DNA from: an uncultured Christensenella sp.
GTDB lineage: Bacteria; Bacillota; Clostridia; Christensenellales; UBA1242
Length of the DNA stretch: 64,000 bases
NCBI GenBank assembly: GCA_948466185.1
Contig: CAOJZM010000002.1
Coordinates: forward strand, 66,573 to 130,572
Reading direction: 5' to 3'
This document shows positions 39,549 through 47,750 of the stretch, one piece after another (positions within the stretch are counted from its first letter, which is position 1; every line of letters begins with the position of its first letter). The translations under genes and the position numbers were made by a program. The notes beneath the pieces were generated by a model. The model saw only the letters and a program-made list of their open reading frames with translations, did no database searches and was not told the origin of the DNA.

Positions 39549-39716
39549 TCATAAAGATAAAAGAGAGATTAGTTCTTTAATCTTTGCCATATTGTGAGTT
39601 TCAAGTGCGATTTGAATTGTTTCGTTCAATTTGTCTTTTATTAGGTTTGACAAGATTTCTATCAAATCATTTTCAAATGTTTTTGTGTCATTAAACTTTT
39701 TTTGTTCCATATTCAT
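39549..39716 (-). CDS. Small hypothetical protein (55 aa)
   Basis: AAAGGAG RBS before ATG; helical composition. Confidence 0.45.
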   Translation of the reverse strand: MNMEQKKFNDTKTFENDLIEILSNLIKDKLNETIQIALETHNMAKIKELISLLSL

Positions 39717-39951
39717 TGCTCCTTTTAAATTTGGCTCGCCATGATTATTATAATTCGCTATTTCAAAAAAGGACAACAAGTGGAGCAAGTTTACATAAAA
39801 AATAAAGTATTCCAAATTTTAATTCTGGGACACTTTATTAGCAAGTATATATATTTTATTAAACAAACTATTTCCGTTAATTCTGGGTATATCTGGTTAA
39901 CTCTGGCGATATTCTGTGCATAAAAAAAAGACTATTCAATTTGAAATAGTC

Positions 39952-40248
39952 TTATTTTTTGCTTTCATTTAATATTTTTTGTTTGCTCATAAACTTAACA
40001 AGAGAATTGCACATTTTAATCAATTTTTCTTTTGACACAATTCTATATGTTGCTATACAATCTACTGCATTTTGTAATATTAAATTTTTCATTACAAGGT
40101 CAGCGTCATCATAACTAATATTATATAATCTTTGTAGAGCAGTGATAGATATAATATCAACATTTCCTAAATCTTTAATATCAAGTTGTGGGACTTTCTC
40201 TTTAATGGTTATTTTAATTTGTTTATTATCATCTTTTACAAGTTTCAT
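39952..40248 (-). CDS. Small protein with FtsK-gamma-like winged helix
   Basis: ISITALQRLYNISYDDADLVMKNL resembles the FtsK gamma consensus SxSxLQRxxxIGYxxAxxLxxxL. Confidence 0.55.
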   Translation of the reverse strand: MKLVKDDNKQIKITIKEKVPQLDIKDLGNVDIISITALQRLYNISYDDADLVMKNLILQNAVDCIATYRIVSKEKLIKMCNSLVKFMSKQKILNESKK

Positions 40249-40340
40249 ATTATTTGCTCCTATCTCTTTTAATGCATTACAATAAATTTAGCTTAATAAA
40301 AAAGACCACATAACTGTGGTCGAATTTTTAATATAGTTTG

Positions 40341-42011
40341 TTATTTAATTTCTGATATTATTTTATCAACTGCTTTGTTGTATGTTTGTTCATCAATAAC
40401 ACCTAATTCTTTCAAGTGTTTTAATTCATTGATTTTGCTTTCTATACTATTTGATGGAGTATATTGAGATTTCATTGATTGTTGTGTTTGTGCAAATTGT
40501 GGATTAGGTTGAATATATTTAGAATGACCAGCATGTTCTGCATATTTATTTTGATCAACAAAGTTAGGTAAGCATACAACAACAATTTCTAATACAAATG
40601 ATACTATATTTCCACTAAGTATTGAGAAAACGATGAAACAAATTTGCTTTGATTTTGTATTTAAAACGCCTTCTGGTCTAACAGGGCTTTTAATAAGTAA
40701 TGCACTAAAAACTATTGTACAAACTGATGTTGCAAGAAATATAATTCCAGGAATTAAGAAAGGTAAAGCAAAAGAAATCAATCCTGCAGCGGCAAATGCT
40801 CCTGCTAATATTATACCCTCAATAAATAGGTATAATGAAGTTGCTAACATTCCAGTTCCAGATACCACTCCGAATATACTAGCAACTAATTCTAATATTC
40901 TTTTTGTTTTGTTATAAATCATATTTTTTTCTCCTTTTATATACTTGTTTTTTCCGCTGATTTTTATATCAGTATTTATTGAGTTATTATTACTTGCATT
41001 TTGCTCATCTTCAATCTTGATTGATATTCGATTTTCAGCAATATCTAACTCTAACATTTGAAATGCTTCTTTTATGCTTTCTGCACCTTTATAAATATAA
41101 TCTAAAAGTAGTTGTGCATACTTTGCTTGCGATATTGAAATAATGTTTATCTTGTAAATTTGATTATAAATATCTGCAATTTTTCTATGGGTTTTATTGA
41201 TATTGTCAACATATTCCTTGAGTAAGATAGGGTATTGTTCGACATTATATTTTTTGTTTTCTTCAATCTCATTTAATGCTACTTTATAATTTAATTGGTC
41301 TAATAAAAATTTAGTTTTATGTTTAAAGATTAATACAACTCCAAGACCTATCACAGCAATCGAAAAAAATGAGAGTATACATTCTAACATTGTGTTAAGA
41401 CCATAACTGCCAATGTTTATACAAGCACATAGAAGAACGGGACAAATACACATAAAAGTTGTAGATAAAATTGACACATACTTTTTAGAAAATTTGTCAA
41501 TAAACTTTTGTTCTTTTTTTGTAATTTCAATATTATTTTGACTAATAATTTTTTTACATTTTTTTGTTGTTGCAATTTTATCCAACAAAACTAATCCAAT
41601 AGTAAAAATTATAATAGCAATTATAGTTATAAAACGACTTAACATAAATAGAATGCTATTTTGTCCATCTAAATATTCCCTACAATTGTCAGCAATAGAT
41701 AAAAGAATCCAACTTACAATATATATAGAAGAAGATAATATAAACATAATAACACTTAAAATATTATTTTTCTTTTTAGGTTTTTTTGGTGGCTCTTCTG
41801 ATTTCTTTTCGGGTTTTGAATCTTCAACTTTTGTCTTTTCGTCAATAGATTCTATATCAGCAATTTTGACTTCTTTATTCCAATCTATATTTGGGTCTCT
41901 AATATCATAAATTGCTGATTTACTCAATTCTTGTAATTCAATCCAGTGATTCGCTACTTGCTTTAACTTTTCTTTGGTTTCTTGCAAATTAGTTTCTTTG
42001 GTTTGTGCCAT
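40341..42011 (-). CDS. Multi-TM membrane protein with C-terminal SHOCT-like domain (apparent two-gene fusion)
   Basis: Two TM clusters; terminal INELKHLKELGVIDEQTYNKAVDKII; internal AGGAG + in-frame ATG at 40922. Confidence 0.65.
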   Translation of the reverse strand: MAQTKETNLQETKEKLKQVANHWIELQELSKSAIYDIRDPNIDWNKEVKIADIESIDEKTKVEDSKPEKKSEEPPKKPKKKNNILSVIMFILSSSIYIVSWILLSIADNCREYLDGQNSILFMLSRFITIIAIIIFTIGLVLLDKIATTKKCKKIISQNNIEITKKEQKFIDKFSKKYVSILSTTFMCICPVLLCACINIGSYGLNTMLECILSFFSIAVIGLGVVLIFKHKTKFLLDQLNYKVALNEIEENKKYNVEQYPILLKEYVDNINKTHRKIADIYNQIYKINIISISQAKYAQLLLDYIYKGAESIKEAFQMLELDIAENRISIKIEDEQNASNNNSINTDIKISGKNKYIKGEKNMIYNKTKRILELVASIFGVVSGTGMLATSLYLFIEGIILAGAFAAAGLISFALPFLIPGIIFLATSVCTIVFSALLIKSPVRPEGVLNTKSKQICFIVFSILSGNIVSFVLEIVVVCLPNFVDQNKYAEHAGHSKYIQPNPQFAQTQQSMKSQYTPSNSIESKINELKHLKELGVIDEQTYNKAVDKIISEIK

Positions 42012-42178
42012 ATACACTCCTTGATACAAGTAATTATAACATACAATTCGATAAAAGTAAACAATATTGAGAATATTTCAATATTATATTGAAAATGCGT
42101 GTATTTTACCAGTTTTGTTTCAAGTAGTATAAGTTGCTCCATATTTTATAATTAAGATAGCATTTTGGAGGTTAAAAT

Positions 42179-42478
42179 ATGGATAAACAAGACTTGATTT
42201 TTAAGATAAGCACTATTCGCACAAATGCAAACTTATCTGCAAGAAAGTTATCACTAAATATTGACATGCACGATAGTTATATAAATAGGCTTGAAAGTCA
42301 AAAAGATTTCTTGCCAAGTATGGAAGTGTTTTTTAAGATACTTGAAGAATGTAATTGTTCTGCTGAAAAGTTCTTTTATCATGACTACAACAACTATGAA
42401 AGTGATATGGAGATTTTAGAAAAGTTTAAGAGTTTGAGTGAAGATAAGAAAAAAGCATTATTAGAGTTTATAAAATAA
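42179..42478 (+). CDS. XRE-family HTH regulator
   Basis: IRTNANLSARKLSLNIDMHDSYINRLE...PSMEVFFKI; GGAGG RBS. Confidence 0.85.
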   Translation: MDKQDLIFKISTIRTNANLSARKLSLNIDMHDSYINRLESQKDFLPSMEVFFKILEECNCSAEKFFYHDYNNYESDMEILEKFKSLSEDKKKALLEFIK

Positions 42479-42493
42479 AGTAGTCGGTTTTGA

Positions 42494-43291
42494 CTACTTA
42501 TTTTTTTGTGGCTTATGAAAATACTGCTTGTCTATGCAAGTGATAATTTCGCCAGTGTTTCGGTCAATAAACTTATGTTTATCACTAAAACAATAAAGAT
42601 TGTTGCCAGTTTCTTTTATGCTGTCTTTATTTGCTTTGTCAAGTATATCACAAACACCTTGCTTATTTGTGGTTATCTCATGCTTATTTGAAATTGGAAA
42701 ATCTTTGCTATTAGATATGATTTGCACAAATTGTGGTAGTTTGGTGTATGTGGGGTTATCTGGGTTTATATTTTCGGTTTTAGGCTGTGTTATATAATCA
42801 ATAACACCATAAGGCTCAGTTGCTATTTGAAAGTCTATAAAACCTTGTTTCCAACTCTTTTTAACCCATGTTTTAGTAAAGTTTTTTGGTATTTCATTTT
42901 TAAACATTAAAATCAAATGTATATGAAAATGAATGTTATCTTCAAAAGATTCAATGGCACGAATATAAAAGCACTTACCAAAGTTTCTTTTGATACATAA
43001 CATAAAAGATTGAAATTTCTTTTTTAATTCAGTTCATAACATTATATTTGAAGTAGTTAAAGTTAAAAAGACACATTTATTAGGAACTAAATCAAAGGTA
43101 TATAGTTTGTTTCTAAACTGCTTTAATGTCTTTTCATATTTTTTGGTTGTTATAAAAGGATTGTCTTTGTTTCGTGTTTTAGTGGGTAGTACACGATTTT
43201 TAACAATAGCACCTTTAAAATGATTATAATTTTTTTGAATTACTATTCTATCATTATTATAGATAGTAACTTTGTATTGTTTATTTTTCAT
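42494..43291 (-). pseudogene. HUH rolling-circle replication initiator (Rep) interrupted by one in-frame TGA
   Basis: Motif I (FLTLT) in the 43034-43291 ORF; motif II (HFHIHL) and motif III (DYITQ) in the 42494-43003 ORF; same frame, separated by TGA plus 10 sense codons. Confidence 0.8.
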
Positions 43292-43454
43292 ATTGATTCA
43301 TCTCCATTTATTTTGGTTTATCTTTTTTATTGTTAGAAGTATTGATTTAAATTTTGTTTTATGCTATACTGATAAAAGTTTTAAGAAATGTTCACAAAAA
43401 TGTATATATATATTAAAACAAGTATAGAGTTGGGCATTTAGTAATACGCTTATG

Positions 43455-43482
43455 GTGTAAAAAGTGTAATAGAAAGTGTAAA
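43455..43482 (+). repeat. Putative integrase arm-type sites, right end
   Basis: Three tandem GTGTAA units including AAAAGTGTAATAGAAA shared with the left end. Confidence 0.65.
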
Positions 43483-43624
43483 GAATGTTACACGAATTAC
43501 AAAAGATAAATTGAATAAATAGAAATTTTAGGATTTATTCAAAATATCATTTGGGTTTACACAAGATACAATTTATTAGTACTGTAATTTGGAGTTAAAA
43601 AGATTGATTTTGAATTAAAATATT

Positions 43625-43670
43625 ATTCGTAATCGAAAGGTCGCGGGTTCGATCCCCGCCATCAGCTCCA
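43625..43670 (+). pseudogene. 3' half of host tRNA-Thr(CGT) (attR side)
   Basis: ATTCGTAATCGAA-AGGTC-GCGGG-TTCGATC-CCCGC-CATCAGC-TCCA; TCGAA pairs with TTCGA of the 34280 half. Confidence 0.92.
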
Positions 43671-44762
43671 TATGAACTAAGTAAAAAGTCTTTTTTGAGA
43701 GGAGATAAAATGAAAAAAAATTATAAAGCCTATGAAAAGCCAAAAATGGAACAAGATAGATTAGACTTGCAAACAAAAAACGGTTCAAAATTTACTCAAA
43801 ATATTATTGAGAAAGCATTTGAAGAAATTCCTAAAGATGCCGTTGTAATGGATTTCGGTTGTTTTAATGGAAACTCAACGAAGACCTTTTTTAGTCAAAA
43901 TGAAAATCAATGCAAAAGAATTATAGGTTTAGATTTTGTTGCTGACGCAATAGAGCAAGCAAATAAAGATACGCATGATGGAAAATATAAATTTATTTTT
44001 GCCGATTTAGAATCTTCTGATCTTGAAAAAATAATTTCAGATTGCTTAAAAGTGGAAGGGAAAAAATATATAGACATAGCCTTTATTTCCTATGTGCTTT
44101 TACATTTAAAGAAACCTGAAAAGTTATTGAAGTTAATTGCAAAGTTTTCTGATTGTAATACAGTTGTTATAATTAAGGATACGGACGATGCATTAAAAAT
44201 TTGTTATCCTGGAAACGAGATTTTACAAGAAGAAATAGAGGTGTATTCAAGACTTCGTTTAATTTCTAGATATAGTGATAGATTTATTGGAAGGAAAATT
44301 CCTAAAATGCTTATGCAGGCGGGATTCAAAAATGTCGAGTGTTTTCAATCAAAAGGAACAACTTTGGGAAAAACTTTAAAAGAACGTAGAGATCAGTATG
44401 AAGTTGATTTTTCATATCGAGAGTATCCGGATTTTCCAGAAGTAGACACAGATACAACTGAATTTCAGGCATTAAATAAAAGAAATAAGGAATTATTAAG
44501 AAAGATAAAAAAATTATTTGAAAAAGATGATTTCTTTTATTTAAAATTCACATTTACATTTATCGCAAAAAAATAATGTGTCGCAAAATCAAATGCGAAA
44601 ATCAAAAGCAGACATTATGGAGTGCAAGCCCACAAAATTTTGCCCACAAAATTTTATTTGTTTTTGGCAAAACAAAATCTGCAAATTTCATTTGCAGGTG
44701 GAGCCTATCAGCGTTCTCATTCGCTCACTGAACAGCTCCATATAATCTAAGTAAAAAGTCTT
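43663..44762. mobile_element. One-gene cassette bounded by a 30-bp direct repeat of the tRNA 3' end plus trailer
   Basis: CAGCTCCATATGAACTAAGTAAAAAGTCTT (43663-43692) vs CAGCTCCATATAATCTAAGTAAAAAGTCTT (44733-44762), 28/30 identical. Confidence 0.7.
43710..44576 (+). CDS. Class I SAM-dependent methyltransferase
   Basis: VMDFGCFNG motif I, IIGLD, DIAFISYVLLHL. Confidence 0.85.
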   Translation: MKKNYKAYEKPKMEQDRLDLQTKNGSKFTQNIIEKAFEEIPKDAVVMDFGCFNGNSTKTFFSQNENQCKRIIGLDFVADAIEQANKDTHDGKYKFIFADLESSDLEKIISDCLKVEGKKYIDIAFISYVLLHLKKPEKLLKLIAKFSDCNTVVIIKDTDDALKICYPGNEILQEEIEVYSRLRLISRYSDRFIGRKIPKMLMQAGFKNVECFQSKGTTLGKTLKERRDQYEVDFSYREYPDFPEVDTDTTEFQALNKRNKELLRKIKKLFEKDDFFYLKFTFTFIAKK

Positions 44763-44815
44763 CATTGGATGTTGACACGCAAAATAAAAATTTATATATC
44801 ATAAATGAGGGGTCT

Positions 44816-45229
44816 ATGACAAAGGAAAAAATATTTGAGTTTATTTCAAAACAAAAAACAGCATTTATTTCATCGATTAATGGTGAGGGTTATCCTGTGA
44901 CAAGGGCTATGCTATGTCCAAGGGAAATTGACGGCAATGATATTTATTTTTCAACTAACACATCAAGTAACAAAGTTAAACAATATTTAGCCAACAATAA
45001 AGCCTGCGTTTATTTTTATAAGCGTGGAAGATTTAATTATGAAGGCGTGACAATATTAGGCAGAATGGAGGTTTGTACTGATCAGCCCACCAAAGATAAA
45101 ATTTGGAGGTTTGGTGATAAAATCTTTTACAAAAAAGGAGTGACTGATCCGGATTATTGTGTCTTAAGGTTTACAGGCGAGGAAGTTGAATATTATAGTA
45201 ATTTTAAAATTGAAAAAATAAAGTTGTAA
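44816..45229 (+). CDS. Pyridoxamine 5'-phosphate oxidase-like (general stress protein 26-like) protein
   Basis: GYPVTRAM, YFSTNTSSNKV, NNKACVYF, GVTDPDYCVLRF. Confidence 0.85.
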   Translation: MTKEKIFEFISKQKTAFISSINGEGYPVTRAMLCPREIDGNDIYFSTNTSSNKVKQYLANNKACVYFYKRGRFNYEGVTILGRMEVCTDQPTKDKIWRFGDKIFYKKGVTDPDYCVLRFTGEEVEYYSNFKIEKIKL

Positions 45230-45440
45230 TATGTTATTTTGCATTTTTTAATCCGTTATAAGATGACTGAAAAGATTTTTATTAAGTTTTTGAATGATTT
45301 AATTCACAAGTTGCTGCTTGTGAATTTTTTTATGTAGTCTTTAAAATAGGTGATTAAGAAATTAATATGAAGAAATTTGTTTGTATCTTTTAAAAAAAAG
45401 TGCTACACTCCTTAGTGTTATAACACAAGGAGTTTCAAAT

Positions 45441-46193
45441 ATGAAAAATTTAACTACCCAAATGATATATAGAATTGTCTTATGTTGTATCTCGGCTCTT
45501 GCTGTGATTTTGACTTTTAACATATTCTATGTGGGACAGGGGCCGAATGATTTAACTTGGGAATTTTTGAAATATTATACCAATATTTCGAATTATTTTG
45601 TTTTTGCTGTTTCAGTTATAGTTCTTGCTGATAATGTTAAACGTGTTAGGGCTGGTGAAAAAGAGGGGAGTAATAATAAATTACACAACTTTAAGTTTAT
45701 GACAACTGTAATGATTCTTGTTACATTTCTTGTGTATTGTATATTGTTGGGGAATCCGCTATCTGCTGACTTTTGGCGTAATCTTGGAAATCTTTCCTAC
45801 CATGTTGTTGCACCTATTTTATTCATACTTGATTATTTTCTTTTCGAAAAGAAGAAGAGTGTGTCTATCTTTGCTCCTTTGTTAAGCGTTATCATTCCAC
45901 TTGTGTATGTTTGTTATATTTTTATTCTTGGTGCTGCTGTTCCTGACTTTGAATATCCTTATTTTTTCCTTGATGTAAATAAACTGGGTTATGGCGGAGT
46001 TGTTGTGTGGGTTGTGATCCTTGTGGCTGTATTTATAGTGCTTGGCTATCTTTTATGGTTTTACAACCGATTGGTGAAAGAAAATGGCAAATGGAAATTT
46101 GATATGAAACATCTTCTGTGGTTGCGTAAACCACCAGCAAAAGACATGAAGACAGAAGAAAAGGACTTGGATTCTATAAAAACTATTGAATAA
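45441..46193 (+). CDS. Pr6Pr-family membrane protein
   Basis: YYTNISN, H..AP....DY, YPYFFLD motifs; about 6 TM. Confidence 0.75.
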   Translation: MKNLTTQMIYRIVLCCISALAVILTFNIFYVGQGPNDLTWEFLKYYTNISNYFVFAVSVIVLADNVKRVRAGEKEGSNNKLHNFKFMTTVMILVTFLVYCILLGNPLSADFWRNLGNLSYHVVAPILFILDYFLFEKKKSVSIFAPLLSVIIPLVYVCYIFILGAAVPDFEYPYFFLDVNKLGYGGVVVWVVILVAVFIVLGYLLWFYNRLVKENGKWKFDMKHLLWLRKPPAKDMKTEEKDLDSIKTIE

Positions 46194-46373
46194 AACTATG
46201 TTAACCGATTAAGGCGTAAAGTAAATCATTGGCTTATAGCAGCAAGCTGATGATTTTTTATATTGTCAAAAGGAAAATTAATAAAAAATAAGTTTTGTGC
46301 GATAAACACTTGCTTTTTTGTCGAATTTATTTATAATAAATATTGCATGTATAGGATGTAGGAGAAAGTTATA

Positions 46374-47750
46374 ATGGCTTATATGGATATAGTTAACTTA
46401 ATAATGATCATTTTGGGTGCTTTATTAGCAATTTTTCCAATTCAATATTTTGTTATTTTTCTGTTGGGGATATTATCTAAACCTAAGAAGTTCCCTCAGG
46501 CAGATGAAAAACTTAGGTATGGAATTGTTATAGCGGGCAGGAATGAAGAGAAGGTAATAGGTAATTTAATACAAAGTGTACAGAAAAGTAATTATCCGCA
46601 GGATAAAATTGACATATTCGTTGTGGCACATAATTGTACCGATAAAACAGCACAAATAGCCCGCGAGAACGGTGCGATTGGATATGAATACGACAATCCT
46701 GAAGAAAGAACAAAAGGTTATGCACTTAAATATATTTTTGAGCGCATCAATGAAGATTATGGCATTAAGAGTTATGATGGTTTCCATATTTTTGATGCAG
46801 ATAATGTCTTAGATAACGAATATTTGAATAAAATGAACGATGCGTTTCTTGCCCATGACAGAAAAAATGTTATTATGGGATTTAGAAATTCCAAGAATTT
46901 CGGGGCAAACACTTTAACTTCATTATACGGTGTTTTGTATATATCTGAATGTAGAATTGAATCGGTCGGCAGGTCGGCAATTAATGTTACAACAAGGTTG
47001 ATTGGTTCAGGATATCTTATAAACTCTGAGATGTTAAAAAATGGCTGGGAATCTGTTATTATGTCAGATGATATAGATTTTACAGCAGAACAAGTTCTTA
47101 ACGGAGAAAATGTTGTTTATTGTAGTGAAGCAATGTATTATGACGAACATCCAACAACATTTAAAGCTATGTGGCGGCAAAGATTGCGTTGGGCTAAGGG
47201 AGTAATGCTTGTTGGTAAGAAAAGATATAAAGATCTTTTCAAGAGCATGTTTAGGAGAAAGAAAAAAGGCTCTGTTAGTGAGCCAAGCAAACCACCTTTA
47301 AGGGTTTCCTCCTTGGATTTGATTTTTAAGGTTGTTCCGTTTGCATTTTTAGGCTTGTTAGTTACAATATTGCAAATTATATTAATCGCTTTGGCCCATC
47401 TTTTTGGATATGATGCTGCAACAGTATGGACTGATTGGGCAATATCCTTCGCTATTAATACTGCAATAGGATACGGAATATTAATTATATGTCCAATTAT
47501 GAGTTTTATTTTGGAGCGAAAGAGGATAAAAAATGTTCCTTTCAGGTTAAAAATCACTGCCACTTTAACTTGGCCATTGTTTATTTTACTTCTATTGCCA
47601 TTGCAAGTTGTAGCGATGTTCACCAAGAAATTTTCTTGGAAACCGATTGTGCATACCGATGCATCAAATTTTGAGACATTCAACAATACTAAAAATGTTG
47701 ATATAAAAAATGGAATTCAAAAAACAAATAAAGTAAAGGAGAAAAACTAA
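46374..47750 (+). CDS. Membrane GT2 glycosyltransferase (processive-type)
   Basis: AGRNEE, TKGYAL, FDADN (DxD), SDD, QRLRW (QxxRW); N- and C-terminal TMs. Confidence 0.9.
   Translation: MAYMDIVNLIMIILGALLAIFPIQYFVIFLLGILSKPKKFPQADEKLRYGIVIAGRNEEKVIGNLIQSVQKSNYPQDKIDIFVVAHNCTDKTAQIARENGAIGYEYDNPEERTKGYALKYIFERINEDYGIKSYDGFHIFDADNVLDNEYLNKMNDAFLAHDRKNVIMGFRNSKNFGANTLTSLYGVLYISECRIESVGRSAINVTTRLIGSGYLINSEMLKNGWESVIMSDDIDFTAEQVLNGENVVYCSEAMYYDEHPTTFKAMWRQRLRWAKGVMLVGKKRYKDLFKSMFRRKKKGSVSEPSKPPLRVSSLDLIFKVVPFAFLGLLVTILQIILIALAHLFGYDAATVWTDWAISFAINTAIGYGILIICPIMSFILERKRIKNVPFRLKITATLTWPLFILLLLPLQVVAMFTKKFSWKPIVHTDASNFETFNNTKNVDIKNGIQKTNKVKEKN

Larger units (their letters stand above)
34310..43633. 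mobile_element. ~9.3 kb integrative element (tyrosine integrase, xis-like, HUH Rep) inserted in the tRNA-Thr(CGT) anticodon loop
   Basis: 9-bp direct repeat ATTCGTAAT at 34310-34318 and 43625-43633; removing the interval rebuilds a perfect tRNA; shared AAAAGTGTAATAGAAA near both ends; visibly AT-richer than flanks. Confidence 0.92.

Noticed and set aside
42494-43291. In-frame TGA in Rep as evidence of genetic code 4 or selenocysteine
   Set aside because: Other element genes (int, 34569, 36049) contain many Trp residues in uninterrupted standard-code ORFs; no SECIS-like context or catalytic Cys position; a point nonsense mutation is simpler
34310-43633. Prophage or self-transmissible ICE
   Set aside because: No capsid, terminase, tail, lysis, VirB4 or coupling-protein genes recognised
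34473-43670. Conventional reading: intact tRNA at 34473 is attL and 43625-43670 is its duplicated 3' end
   Set aside because: The 3' fragment's stems (TCGAA, GCGGG/CCCGC) do not match that tRNA but pair exactly with the orphan 5' half at 34280; an end repeat lies left of the intact tRNA
34280-43670. Giant tRNA intron or trans-spliced split tRNA
   Set aside because: No group I core or complementary leader/trailer seen; the duplicated 9-bp core plus integrase explains it as DNA integration
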